Shown one piece after another: positions 17,940 to 27,803 of a stretch of 54,416 nt of DNA. This DNA is from a virus (taxonomy: Duplodnaviria; Caudoviricetes). Both the position numbers and the translations under genes were made by a program. Below the pieces are notes generated by a model. The model was not told the origin of the DNA, searched no databases, and worked only from the letters and a program-made list of their open reading frames with translations. The stretch covers positions 1-54,416 of the IMG/VR virus record IMGVR_UViG_3300025080_000036, one strand, 5' to 3'. Within the stretch, counting starts at the first letter, position 1, and every line of letters begins with the position of its first letter.

Positions 17940-18519
17940 CACGACAAACAATGTAAACACACAGGCTCCAAACCCTATGAAGGTCATCACAGGACCCAAT
18001 ACCCGCTGGTCTTACGCCAACGTGTGGGAAGCAAAATCCATCAACGGCGGCACACCGAAATTCTCAGTATCGCTCATCATCCCCAAGTCCGACACCAAGA
18101 CCGTCGTCAGAATCAAAGCGGCGATTGAAGTAGCCTATCGTGACGGCGAAGCGAAGTTGAAAGGCAACGGTAAGACCGTACCGCCCCTCACCGCACTCAA
18201 GACCCCGCTCCGCGACGGCGATACCGAACGTCCTGACGATCCCGCCTACGAAAACGCATACTTTATCAATGCCAACAGCGCGACCGCGCCGGGCGTGGTG
18301 GACGCCGACCGTCAGGAAATCCTGAACCGCTCGGAGATTTACAGCGGCGTATACGGCAGGGCGAGTGTGAATTTCTACGCTTTTAACTCGAACGGCAACA
18401 AAGGCATTGCCTGTGGGCTTAACAACCTTCAGAAAATCCGTGACGGTGAACCTCTCGGCGGCAAATCCCGCGCGGAGGACGACTTCGCCACTTACGATGA
18501 AGAGGACTTCCTGTCGTGA
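17932..18519 (+). CDS. DUF2815-like single-stranded DNA-binding protein (T7 gp2.5-like)
   Basis: RWSYANVWE, PLRDGD, YSGVYGRAS, GLNNLQK, acidic tail; GAGGAGG RBS. Confidence 0.85.
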   Translation: MANTTNNVNTQAPNPMKVITGPNTRWSYANVWEAKSINGGTPKFSVSLIIPKSDTKTVVRIKAAIEVAYRDGEAKLKGNGKTVPPLTALKTPLRDGDTERPDDPAYENAYFINANSATAPGVVDADRQEILNRSEIYSGVYGRASVNFYAFNSNGNKGIACGLNNLQKIRDGEPLGGKSRAEDDFATYDEEDFLS

Positions 18520-20510
18520 GGGCGGTCGGTATAGACATAGAGACGTACAGCAGTGTAGACCTCGCCAAAAGCGGGGTCTACCGCTATTGCGAATCGCCGG
18601 ACTTTGAGGTACTGCTTTTCGGTTATTCCGTGGACGGCGGCGAGGTTCATGTCATTGACCTTGCAAACGGCGAGACCGTTCCTGCCGAAGTACTCGACGC
18701 ATTAACGGATGATACCGTAGAGAAATGGGCTTTTAACAGCGCCTTTGAACGCATATGCCTGTCACGCTATCTGTCGGACATGGGTATCGACCTTGACCCT
18801 TTCGCTGACAATCACCACTCCGCCGCCGTCCTCGGCAAGGCGAAGTATCTGAACCCCGAATCGTGGCGATGCGTCATGGTCTGTTCGGCATATATGGGAT
18901 TGCCGCTCTCCCTTGAAGGCGCGGGTGCGGTCTTGGGGCTTGGGAAACAGAAGCTGACCGAAGGCAAGGAACTCATTCGATATTTCTGCTCACCCTGTAA
19001 ACCCACCGCCGCAAACGGGCAGCGGACACGAAATCTGCCGGAACACGAACCGGGCAAATGGGAATCGTTCAAGGCGTATAACCGCCGCGACGTGGAAGCG
19101 GAACTCTCTATTCAGGAGCGGCTCGCCAAGTTCCCCGTGCCTGATAAAGTATGGGAGGAATACGCCCACGACCAAGAGATTAATGACCGTGGCGTGGCTT
19201 TAGACATGACACTCGTCCGAAATGCCATCAAAGCGGATACCCGCTCCCGCACCGAGTTGACCCGCCTGATGAAGGAACTGACCGACCTTGACAACCCAAA
19301 CTCTGTACAGCAGATGAAAGGGTGGCTCGCCGATAATGGCATGGAAACCGACACTCTCGGCAAAAAGGCGGTAGCGGAACTGCTCAAGTACGCGCCGGAG
19401 CCGCTTGGCAAAGTGCTGGCTCTCCGTCAGCAGTTGGCAAAATCCTCGGTCAGGAAATATCAGGCTATGGAAAACGCCGTCTGCGCCGATGGTCGCGCAA
19501 GGGGTATGTTCCAATTTTACGGAGCCAACAGAACCGGCAGATGGGCCGGGCGGCTCATACAAATGCAAAACCTCCCGCAGAATCATCTGACCGACCTTGA
19601 ACAGGCGCGGGCTTTAGTGCGAAGCGGAGACTTCGATGCCCTTGAGCTGCTCTATGACAATATTCCCGATGTCCTTTCCCAATTAATCCGCACCGCATTC
19701 GTGCCGAAGGACGGTCACAAGCTAATCGTCACCGACTTTTCGGCGATTGAAGCCCGTGTCATTGCTTGGCTTGCAGGGGAGCGGTGGCGAAACGATGTAT
19801 TTGCTACTCACGGCAAAATTTACGAAGCGTCGGCGAGCCAGATGTTTAATGTACCGATTGACGCTGTCACTAAGGGTAGCCTACTCCGGCAGAAGGGCAA
19901 AATCGCCGAACTCGCGCTTGGCTACGGCGGCTCGCTCGGCGCGCTCAAAGCGATGGGCGCGCTTGAGATGGGCTTGTCGGAGGATGAACTGCAACCCCTC
20001 GTCACGGCTTGGCGGGCATCCAACCCGAACATCGTGCGGTTCTGGTGGGACGTTGACCGCGCCGCCATGACTGCGGTCAGGGACAAGACGGTTACCGAGA
20101 CCCACGGCATCCGCTTCGGTTATCAGAGCGGCATGCTGTTCATCACGCTCCCATCCGGCAGACGGCTCTGCTACGTCAAGCCCCGCATCGGCACAAACCG
20201 GTTCGGCGGCGATTCGGTCACCTACGAGGGTGTGGGTATCAGCAAGAAGTGGGAGCGCATCGAAAGCTACGGCCCCAAGTTTGTGGAGAACATTGTACAG
20301 GCGACTAGCCGTGATATCCTCTCTTATGCCATGCAGACGCTCCGCCATTGCTCCATAGTGATGCACGTCCACGATGAAGTCGTAATCGAAGCCGACCCAA
20401 GGATGTCAACGGAAGTTCTGTGTCAGCAAATGAGCCGGACGCCGCCGTGGGCGGAGGGGCTTTTGCTCCTTGCCGATGGGTTCGATTGCCCGTTTTATAA
20501 AAAAGATTAA
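18516..20510 (+). CDS. Family A phage DNA polymerase
   Basis: Exo I IDIETYS; motif A DFSAIEARV; motif B RQKGKIAELALGYG; motif C HVHDE. Confidence 0.93.
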   Translation: MRAVGIDIETYSSVDLAKSGVYRYCESPDFEVLLFGYSVDGGEVHVIDLANGETVPAEVLDALTDDTVEKWAFNSAFERICLSRYLSDMGIDLDPFADNHHSAAVLGKAKYLNPESWRCVMVCSAYMGLPLSLEGAGAVLGLGKQKLTEGKELIRYFCSPCKPTAANGQRTRNLPEHEPGKWESFKAYNRRDVEAELSIQERLAKFPVPDKVWEEYAHDQEINDRGVALDMTLVRNAIKADTRSRTELTRLMKELTDLDNPNSVQQMKGWLADNGMETDTLGKKAVAELLKYAPEPLGKVLALRQQLAKSSVRKYQAMENAVCADGRARGMFQFYGANRTGRWAGRLIQMQNLPQNHLTDLEQARALVRSGDFDALELLYDNIPDVLSQLIRTAFVPKDGHKLIVTDFSAIEARVIAWLAGERWRNDVFATHGKIYEASASQMFNVPIDAVTKGSLLRQKGKIAELALGYGGSLGALKAMGALEMGLSEDELQPLVTAWRASNPNIVRFWWDVDRAAMTAVRDKTVTETHGIRFGYQSGMLFITLPSGRRLCYVKPRIGTNRFGGDSVTYEGVGISKKWERIESYGPKFVENIVQATSRDILSYAMQTLRHCSIVMHVHDEVVIEADPRMSTEVLCQQMSRTPPWAEGLLLLADGFDCPFYKKD

Positions 20511-20514
20511 GTGC

Positions 20515-20565
20515 CGGTACGCAAAACAACCCCTCCTGTCTGTAGACGATAGAGGGGTTTGTTGC
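20515..20565 (+). promoter_or_regulatory. Repeated bipartite/hairpin motif, copy 2
   Basis: CGGTACGCAA-N9-TCCTGTCTGTAGACGATAGAGGGG, same spacing as copy 1. Confidence 0.75.
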
Positions 20566-20596
20566 CTCTCGAAAATAATTTTTCAGGAGGTTCAAT

Positions 20597-21373
20597 ATGA
20601 ACGGATTACAAGTATTCTCCTACGAGGGGAACGAAGTCAGGACTGTCCAACACTGCAGCGAAACATGGTGGGTTTTAAGAGATGTATGTGGCATCCTCGA
20701 CATCAGCAACAATCGAATGGTAGCTGACAGGCTCGATGAAGATGAAAAAGATGAGGTCAGTATTACTGACGCCATCGGCAGGCAGCAAAATACCACGGTT
20801 ATCAGCGAAAGCGGTCTCTACAGCACAATCCTTATGTCCCGCAAACCTGAAGCTAAAAAATTCAAACGCTGGGTTACCCACGAGGTGCTCCCCTCCATCC
20901 GCAGGCACGGAGCATATGTCACACCCGCAAAATTGGAGGAGTTGATGAACGACCCCGACGCTTGGATCAAGGTGCTTACCACCCTAAAGGATGAACGTGC
21001 GGCAAAGGAACGGCTTCAGCTTCAAGCCGCCGAGGATAAGCCAAAGGTGATATTTGCCGACGCCGTTTCTGTATCCGAGGGTACGATCCTCATTGGAGAA
21101 TTGGCAAAAATCCTCAAGGGCAACGGCATCGAAATCGGGCAGAACCGCCTTTTTGAAAGGCTCCGTCAGGACGGCTACCTCATCAAACGCAAAGGTACGG
21201 ATTATAACGCACCAACCCAAAAAGCGATGGAGTTGGGTCTTTTCCGGGTCAAGGAAACGGCCATCACCCACTCGGACGGACACGTCACCATCAGCAAGAC
21301 GACCAAGGTCACGGGCAAAGGGCAGCAATACTTCATCAACCTTTTCCTTGGAGAAAGGGGTTATAAACAATGA
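20597..21373 (+). CDS. Phage antirepressor (BRO-N + ANT/KilAC)
   Basis: ISESGLYS...SRKPEAKKFKRWVTHEVLPSIRRHGAY; KPKVIFADAV...GQNRLF...TKVTGKGQQYF. Confidence 0.92.
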   Translation: MNGLQVFSYEGNEVRTVQHCSETWWVLRDVCGILDISNNRMVADRLDEDEKDEVSITDAIGRQQNTTVISESGLYSTILMSRKPEAKKFKRWVTHEVLPSIRRHGAYVTPAKLEELMNDPDAWIKVLTTLKDERAAKERLQLQAAEDKPKVIFADAVSVSEGTILIGELAKILKGNGIEIGQNRLFERLRQDGYLIKRKGTDYNAPTQKAMELGLFRVKETAITHSDGHVTISKTTKVTGKGQQYFINLFLGERGYKQ

Positions 21374-21660
21374 TGACTGAAAGGAAACAAGCCGTTAAAG
21401 CGGCTCTGAAGAAGATCGGCAAGGCGATCTGGTCGGCGTTTCCGTGGGTCTGTTGGGTTATTGCCCTGACCTGTTGGTTCTCGATCCTGTTTATTCATGC
21501 GGACAAATGCGCGGAACGGGCTAAACAGCTTGCTGCACTCGAAGCCGAGAACGCTATGTACGAATCGGAAAATGCCCGCCTTGATGAAGAGATTGACTGG
21601 CTGCGCTCGCTTATCGAGCGTATGGGGAAGGAGGGAGTCGGCGATGGACAGACGCAATAG
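21370..21660 (+). CDS. Hypothetical protein with one TM segment and coiled coil
   Basis: Hydrophobic WVCWVIALTCWFSILFI, then heptads; ATGA overlap with the upstream gene. Confidence 0.6.
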   Translation: MMTERKQAVKAALKKIGKAIWSAFPWVCWVIALTCWFSILFIHADKCAERAKQLAALEAENAMYESENARLDEEIDWLRSLIERMGKEGVGDGQTQ

Positions 21661-22060
21661 CGAGGGCTACCCCGACCCAACAGCTTATGAGGCCTTGACG
21701 GCGGTGGCGAAATCTGAAAAGCCGTATCTGCCCCTCGTCTATATCGCATCGCCGTTCGCTGGGGACACCGATACCAATACAGGAAGAGCGCGGGGCTATT
21801 GCCGCTTTGCCGTTTCCAAGGGGTGCATCCCGATTGCGCCCCACCTGCACTATCCGCAATTCATGGACGATGGCGACAGAGAGCAGCGAGAACTGGGGCT
21901 GTTCTTTGCCCTTGTCCTGCTCGGCAAATGCGACGAACTCTGGGTTTTTGGGGAGAAAATCAGCAAAGGCATGGCCGCCGAAATCACCAAGGCGAAGAAG
22001 CGCGGTATGCCCATAAAATACTACAACCACAAATGCGAGGTATTGGAATATGGAACTTAA
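21644..22060 (+). CDS. Nucleoside 2-deoxyribosyltransferase-like phage protein (DUF4406-like)
   Basis: RNSEGYPDPTAYEAL, VYIASPFAGD, PIAPHL, CDELWVFG, SKGMAAEI. Confidence 0.75.
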   Translation: MDRRNSEGYPDPTAYEALTAVAKSEKPYLPLVYIASPFAGDTDTNTGRARGYCRFAVSKGCIPIAPHLHYPQFMDDGDREQRELGLFFALVLLGKCDELWVFGEKISKGMAAEITKAKKRGMPIKYYNHKCEVLEYGT

Positions 22061-24437
22061 AATCGCATACGGCGACAGCCGTCTTTCAAAACGGTGGGTC
22101 AACAAGAAAACCACCTTCGAAGATTTGTGCGAGCGTTTCAAGGTTACCCGCCGCACAACCGAGACGGTCGCCGAATACAAGAAATTCACCAAAGACAAGC
22201 GCGACGCCGCCAAGGACGTGGGCGGCTATGTCCTCGGACACCTCAAGGGCGGCAGGCGCAAGAAAGACACGGTCGAGAGCCGTTCGGGGATCACCCTCGA
22301 CGCAGACCACGCCGATGGTAGTTTCATCGACACTGTGGAGATGCTGTTCCCGCACAAGTGTGTAGTCTACTCCACCCACAGTCATATACCGGAAGAACCC
22401 CGGCTTCGTGTGGTTATCCCTCTTGCCCGTGAGGTTTCTCCCGATGAATACGCCGCTCTCTCCCGTCTGGTAGCAGAGGTCATCGGCATGGACTTCTTCG
22501 ACGACAGCACCTACGAGCCGGAACGCCTGATGTACTGGCCGTCCACACCTTCTGACGGTGAATATATTTTCAAGGAAATCGACGGCGATATCCTTAATCC
22601 TGATGCATACCTTGCCAAACTGTCCGACTGGCGGGACTGCTCGCTCTGGCCTACATCAAGCCGCCAGTCCGAGGTGATACAGCGAAGTATAAGGCAGCAG
22701 CAAGACCCGCTCGCCAAGGACGGCGTGGTCGGGGCTTTCTGCCGCACCTATCCGATCGAGGCTGTAATCTCGGCATTCCTCCCAAATATATACGAACCGT
22801 CGGCAATGGGCGGCCGCTACGATTATATCCCCGCCGTTAGTTCAGCTGGCGTTGTGTTGTACGAGGGGAAGTGGGCTTATTCCCACCACGCCACCGACCC
22901 CGCCTGCGGCAGACTGCTAAACGCCTTTGACCTCGTTCGAGTTCACAAGTTCACCGACCTTGACGAGAAAGCGGCGTTTAAGGCGATGAGCGAATTTGCA
23001 GTGCAGGATGAAAACGTGAAGCTGCTGCTCGCCGAGGAGCGCATTGCCAAAGCTGAAAGTGACTTCGATGATGATACCGATTGGAAATCTCAGCTTCAAC
23101 GCGAGAAAAGCGGTATCCTATCCAACACCCTCGGCAATCTGCTCCTTATCCTCAACAACGACAACACCCTCGCGGGCATCCGTCACAACCGGCTCGCCAA
23201 CCAGATATACGGTGAAGAACTCCCGTGGGAACGCCCGCATAAACCTTGGCGGGATGTCGATACCGCCCAGCTTGTGGCTTTCATCGATAAACGCTACGGC
23301 ACGTTCTCGGCTCGGAACTACGAACTCGCCCTGACCAAAATCGCAGACGACCGCGCTTACCATCCGATACGGGAATACCTTGACAACTTACCCGAATGGG
23401 ACAGGGTTTCCCGAATCGATACGCTGCTCATCGACTACCTCGGTGCGGAGGATTCGCCCTACACCAGAGCCGTTACCCGAAAGACGCTTGTGGCGGCAGT
23501 TGCGAGAATCTTGAATCCGGGCACGAAACTCGATTCCATCCTTGTGCTGAACGGCAAGCAGGGCATCGGGAAATCCACGCTCTTTTCCAAACTGGGGCAG
23601 CAATGGTACTCTGACAGCCTTTCTATATCGGATATGAAGGACAAGACCGCGCCGGAGAAGCTGCAGGGCAACTGGATACTTGAACTCGGCGAGTTGGCAG
23701 GCATCAAGAAAATGGACGTGGAAACGGTGAAGTCCTTCATTACCCGCGTGGACGATAAGTACCGCCCCTCATACGGCCGCACGGTAGAAAGCCATCCGCG
23801 CCAGTGCATCGTCGTCGGCACGACCAACTCTGACGGCGGCTTCCTGCGGGACATCACCGGCAACCGCCGTTTCTGGCCTGTTTGGGTATCTGGTGCAGGA
23901 AAATACCACGCTTGGGAACTCGCGGACATAGACCAGATTTGGGCGGAGACTCTGGTTAAATACCAAGGCGGCGAGGAACTGTTCCTTAAAGGCGATATCG
24001 CTCTGGCGGCTTACGCCGAACAGCGGGAAGCGATGGAGAGCGACGACCGCGAGGGTCTTGTCGCCGAATACCTCGACGCCTTGCTCCCCGCAAACTGGGA
24101 CGCTATGGATATCTATCGTCGCCTCGAATACATCCGCTTTCCCGACGATCCCACGGGGGTGAAGGGCAGCATCCGCAGGAGCCAAGTTTGCGTCATGGAA
24201 ATCTGGTGCGAGTGTTTCGGGAAGTCCCGCGAGTCCATCAAGAAGGCTGACTCATATGAAATCCAAGGTATCCTGAACAGGTTCGGAGGTTGGGTTAAGT
24301 TCAGTGGCGGCAAAACGGGCAAACGATATGTGCCGATGTATGGACCCCAACAAGTCTTTATCAGGACAGATTGCTTGCCCAGCATTGACGATTGGGGCTT
24401 CGGCAACGAGATCGGCAAAGTCGCAAGACCCTCATGA
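22050..24437 (+). CDS. Primase/helicase with VapE (virulence-associated E) domain
   Basis: ITLDAD and YSTHSH primase motifs; GKQGIGKS Walker A; ELGEL; DITGNRRFWP. Confidence 0.9.
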   Translation: MELKIAYGDSRLSKRWVNKKTTFEDLCERFKVTRRTTETVAEYKKFTKDKRDAAKDVGGYVLGHLKGGRRKKDTVESRSGITLDADHADGSFIDTVEMLFPHKCVVYSTHSHIPEEPRLRVVIPLAREVSPDEYAALSRLVAEVIGMDFFDDSTYEPERLMYWPSTPSDGEYIFKEIDGDILNPDAYLAKLSDWRDCSLWPTSSRQSEVIQRSIRQQQDPLAKDGVVGAFCRTYPIEAVISAFLPNIYEPSAMGGRYDYIPAVSSAGVVLYEGKWAYSHHATDPACGRLLNAFDLVRVHKFTDLDEKAAFKAMSEFAVQDENVKLLLAEERIAKAESDFDDDTDWKSQLQREKSGILSNTLGNLLLILNNDNTLAGIRHNRLANQIYGEELPWERPHKPWRDVDTAQLVAFIDKRYGTFSARNYELALTKIADDRAYHPIREYLDNLPEWDRVSRIDTLLIDYLGAEDSPYTRAVTRKTLVAAVARILNPGTKLDSILVLNGKQGIGKSTLFSKLGQQWYSDSLSISDMKDKTAPEKLQGNWILELGELAGIKKMDVETVKSFITRVDDKYRPSYGRTVESHPRQCIVVGTTNSDGGFLRDITGNRRFWPVWVSGAGKYHAWELADIDQIWAETLVKYQGGEELFLKGDIALAAYAEQREAMESDDREGLVAEYLDALLPANWDAMDIYRRLEYIRFPDDPTGVKGSIRRSQVCVMEIWCECFGKSRESIKKADSYEIQGILNRFGGWVKFSGGKTGKRYVPMYGPQQVFIRTDCLPSIDDWGFGNEIGKVARPS

Positions 24438-24590
24438 AGCGGCGTTATGCGATTGCAAATTGCCCATATGCCTATAAATCCCCTATTAAATTTTATTTTA
24501 TATAGTAGAAAGAGAAACAGGCATGCGTAACACGCGCGCGTAAGCTCTATAGGAAAAAACGGCAAGTTGGGCAAGTTGGGCAAGCCAAAA
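24370..24590. repeat. Putative phage replication origin
   Basis: AT-rich core near 24470-24520 flanked by TTGCC/GGCAA motifs, including GGCAAGTTG x2 + GGCAAG at 24561-24584. Confidence 0.5.
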
Positions 24591-24602
24591 ACGGAGGTCA
24601 AC

Positions 24603-24884
24603 ATGAGAGAGAAAACCATAGAGCGGAAACTCGTCCAAGCGGTCAAAGTTATGGGAGGAATCGCGCCCAAGTTTACAAGCCCCGGTTTTGATGGGATGCC
24701 CGACCGTCTTATCCTACTGCCACGGGGCAAAATCGCCTTTGTTGAAGTCAAACGGCATGGGGAGAAACCTCGCCCTTTGCAGGAAGCGCGGCATGGGTTG
24801 CTTCGCCGGCTGGGCTTTAAGGTCTACGTCTTGGACGATGGGGAGCAAATCGGAGGAATCCTGAATGAAATACAATCCACATAG
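24603..24884 (+). CDS. VRR-NUC domain nuclease
   Basis: MREKTIE, GMPDRLIL, FVEVK, PRPLQ; GGAGG RBS. Confidence 0.9.
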   Translation: MREKTIERKLVQAVKVMGGIAPKFTSPGFDGMPDRLILLPRGKIAFVEVKRHGEKPRPLQEARHGLLRRLGFKVYVLDDGEQIGGILNEIQST

Positions 24885-26223
24885 CTATCAAGATTATGCC
24901 AAGGGCTTTATAGACGAAAACCACGTGTCCTGCTTACTGCTCGACATGGGTCTTGGCAAAACGGCGATAACGCTTACCGCCATCAACGACCTCCTGTTCG
25001 ACAGTTTTGAAGCCCGCCGCATTCTGGTCATCGCACCTCTCCGTGTCGCCCGTGATATATGGCCGGACGAACTCAGTAAATGGGAGCATCTCAGAGAATT
25101 GCGGTTCTCTGTGGCAATCGGCACGGAAGTGGAACGGAAAGCAGCGCTTCGGGCGAAAGCCGACATCTACATCATAAACCGCGAGAATGTCCAGTGGCTC
25201 ATCGAGAACAGCGGCATCCCCTTCGACTTTGATACCTTGGTGGTAGATGAGCTTTCCAGTTTCAAAAACCACCGGACAAAGCGGTTCAGGTCGCTGATGA
25301 AGGTTCGCCCAAAAGTCAGGCGCATCATCGGGCTGACTGGAACGCCGAGCAGCAACGGGCTGATGGATTTATGGGCTGAATATCGGCTTCTCGACATGGG
25401 CCAGCGGCTCGGACGGTTCATCGGGCAATACCGAACGGCATACTTCACGCCCGATAAGCGGAACGGGCAGGTCATCTTCAGCTACAAGCCCCTGCCGTTT
25501 GCCGAAAAAGAAATCTACCATAAAATCGCCGATATCACCATTTCCATGAAATCTACCGACCACTTGACCATGCCGGAATTGGTGACCGCCGAATATCCCG
25601 TGAGATTATCGGACAAGGAGCGCGAGCGGTACGATGAACTTCGGCAAGACTTGGTACTTCAACTTGCGGGCGGCGATGTAACAGCCGCCAGCGCCGCCGC
25701 CCTGTCTGGGAAGCTGTGCCAAATGGCGAACGGTGCGGTCTATGGCGATGACGGAGCAATCCTCCACATCCATGACCGCAAGCTGGACGCCCTTGAGGAT
25801 TTAATCGAAGCCGCCAACGGCAAACCCGTCCTTGTTTCGTATTGGTTTAAACACGACTTGGAACGGATAAAAGAGCGGTTGCGAAAACTGCATATTCCGT
25901 TTTCACAGCTTGAGTCGTCTGAGAGCATCGCCCGATGGAATACCGGCGAACTGCCCGTGGCTCTTATCCATCCCGCTTCGGCGGGTCATGGGCTGAATCT
26001 TCAAACGGGCGGCAGCACGATTATATGGTTCGGACTGACGTGGAGCCTTGAACTTTACCAACAAACGAACGCCCGCCTGTGGCGTCAAGGTCAAACCGCC
26101 GAAACGGTCGTCCTCCATCACATCATCGCCAAAGGCACGATTGACGAGCGGGTGATGAAAGCCCTGTCCGAGAAAGACAGGACGCAAACCGCCCTTATCG
26201 AAGCGGTCAAAGCCAATCTATGA
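24865..26223 (+). CDS. SNF2-family helicase
   Basis: DMGLGKT, VVDELS, GLTGTP, GHGLNLQ, QTNARLWRQGQ. Confidence 0.92.
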   Translation: MKYNPHSYQDYAKGFIDENHVSCLLLDMGLGKTAITLTAINDLLFDSFEARRILVIAPLRVARDIWPDELSKWEHLRELRFSVAIGTEVERKAALRAKADIYIINRENVQWLIENSGIPFDFDTLVVDELSSFKNHRTKRFRSLMKVRPKVRRIIGLTGTPSSNGLMDLWAEYRLLDMGQRLGRFIGQYRTAYFTPDKRNGQVIFSYKPLPFAEKEIYHKIADITISMKSTDHLTMPELVTAEYPVRLSDKERERYDELRQDLVLQLAGGDVTAASAAALSGKLCQMANGAVYGDDGAILHIHDRKLDALEDLIEAANGKPVLVSYWFKHDLERIKERLRKLHIPFSQLESSESIARWNTGELPVALIHPASAGHGLNLQTGGSTIIWFGLTWSLELYQQTNARLWRQGQTAETVVLHHIIAKGTIDERVMKALSEKDRTQTALIEAVKANL

Positions 26224-26280
26224 AAATCTACGGAGTCAAAAGCTGCCAATCCGAGTGGACTAAATTATCGGAGGTAGCCT

Positions 26281-26712
26281 ATGAGCAAACCAAAACTGTC
26301 TGCAAAGGACTATCTGTCCCAAGCCTATCGAATCGACCAACGCATCAATAGCAAGATTGAGCAGGTGCAGTCACTGCGAACGCTCGCCGAAAAGGCGAGC
26401 GCCACCTTGTCGGACATACCGCCAAGCAAGGGAACGCGCAACGTCCACCGCCTGGAGGATGTCATCGCTAAGATGGTGGACTTGGAGTCGGAAATCAACG
26501 CCGACCTGACCCGGCTGATTAACCTGAAGCATGAAATAGTCACGGTTATTAAGTGCGTGGAAAGCCCTGAACTCCAGACGCTTCTGGAACTGCGGTATCT
26601 GTGTTTCAAGACGTGGGAGGAAATCTCGGTCGCACTGCACCTCGACATCAGATGGATTCACCGTCTGCACAACAAGGCTTTAAATGAGGTCTATATGATT
26701 CGCCACTGTTGA
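26281..26712 (+). CDS. DUF1492/RinA-ArpU-like late transcriptional regulator
   Basis: AKDYLSQAYRID; LLELRYL...TWEEI...IHRLHNKAL HTH; last gene before the packaging module. Confidence 0.8.
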   Translation: MSKPKLSAKDYLSQAYRIDQRINSKIEQVQSLRTLAEKASATLSDIPPSKGTRNVHRLEDVIAKMVDLESEINADLTRLINLKHEIVTVIKCVESPELQTLLELRYLCFKTWEEISVALHLDIRWIHRLHNKALNEVYMIRHC

Positions 26713-26796
26713 CCATAGAAAGCCATGCGGAAAATTTGATATAGTTATAATGGCGAAAAAATCAGAGGGACGTACCCACACGGGCGCGTCCTTTTT
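26702..26796 (+). promoter_or_regulatory. Putative late promoter region with short leader hairpin
   Basis: Roughly phased GCCACT/GACCAT/AGCCAT, TG-A-TATAGT and TATAAT (26746-26751), then AGAGGGACG...CGTCCTTTTT. Confidence 0.45.
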
Positions 26797-26823
26797 CTAT
26801 GCCCCGAAACGGAGGAAAAGGCA

Positions 26824-27174
26824 ATGCCATATAAAGCGAAGAAGCCGTGCGCCTATCGTGGGTGCCGTGAATTGACTTCAAGCCGCTACTGCGAAGCCCA
26901 TACAAAGCAAGAAGCCAAACGATACAACCGGAGCGACCGCGACCCCGGCAGCAACAAACGCTACGGCAGGACGTGGAAACAAATCCGTGCGGCGTTCTTG
27001 TCTGCGAACCCGCTGTGCGTGATGTGCAACCGTGACGGAAGACTCGCACCCGCAGTGCTTGCCCACCACAAGGTCAAGCTGACCGACGGCGGTACAAATG
27101 ACTGGGAGAACATGATGTCGCTTTGTCAGGAATGCCACAGCAGGCTTCACGTTGGGCAGGGCGATTACTTTTAA
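26824..27174 (+). CDS. Terminase-associated HNH endonuclease
   Basis: KKPCAYRGC, PLCVMC, HHKV, NMMSLCQECHSRLH. Confidence 0.9.
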   Translation: MPYKAKKPCAYRGCRELTSSRYCEAHTKQEAKRYNRSDRDPGSNKRYGRTWKQIRAAFLSANPLCVMCNRDGRLAPAVLAHHKVKLTDGGTNDWENMMSLCQECHSRLHVGQGDYF

Positions 27175-27300
27175 GTTCAGACGGTGGGGCGGCTCGCACC
27201 TCTGCGGCTTCCATGCAGGACAGCGCGCTCGGCCTGCCGTATGAATTTTTCAAAAATCAAAAATCAAAACGGAAATCAAAATCAAGGCGAGGTGACGCCC

Positions 27301-27801
27301 ATGCCCAGCGGAGGGTATCGTCCGGGGGCAGGCCGCCCTCGGAAAAATATAGGAGACAAGAAACTCGAAGGTAAACCCGTAAACACGAACGGCGCAAGTC
27401 AGCCTAAGCCCAAAAAGGTCAATTCCAAAAACGTGATGGCGGGCTATTTTTCGATGGCGATGAAGGAATGTGAAAAGGAAGTGCCGTCGGCGGACGTGCT
27501 GCGAAATGAAATCGAGGAGTACATTGCAGCTCGCGGCTGTGATGGTTATGTCGCGCCGCAGACGATTACGGACTATGTGCTAAACAGGCAGGGTTTTCTC
27601 GCCTGTGAAGCCATGAACCGTAAAATCGGACGTATGACCAAGGAACTGAAGCTGTCTCCCTACGTCACGGCGGGTTCAACTTACTACAAGGCGATGCAAG
27701 GCGACTTCAACCTGATTATGCAAATTGTCAACCGGCACAGCGGCACTCAATGCGAAGAAAAGAACGTCTTTTTGGAATTACTCACAAACAGGGGGTTCTG
27801 A
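27301..27801 (+). CDS. Probable terminase small subunit
   Basis: MPSGGYRPGAGRPRK N-terminus, SPYV motif, position after HNH; GAGGTG RBS. Confidence 0.65.
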   Translation: MPSGGYRPGAGRPRKNIGDKKLEGKPVNTNGASQPKPKKVNSKNVMAGYFSMAMKECEKEVPSADVLRNEIEEYIAARGCDGYVAPQTITDYVLNRQGFLACEAMNRKIGRMTKELKLSPYVTAGSTYYKAMQGDFNLIMQIVNRHSGTQCEEKNVFLELLTNRGF

Positions 27802-27803
27802 TT

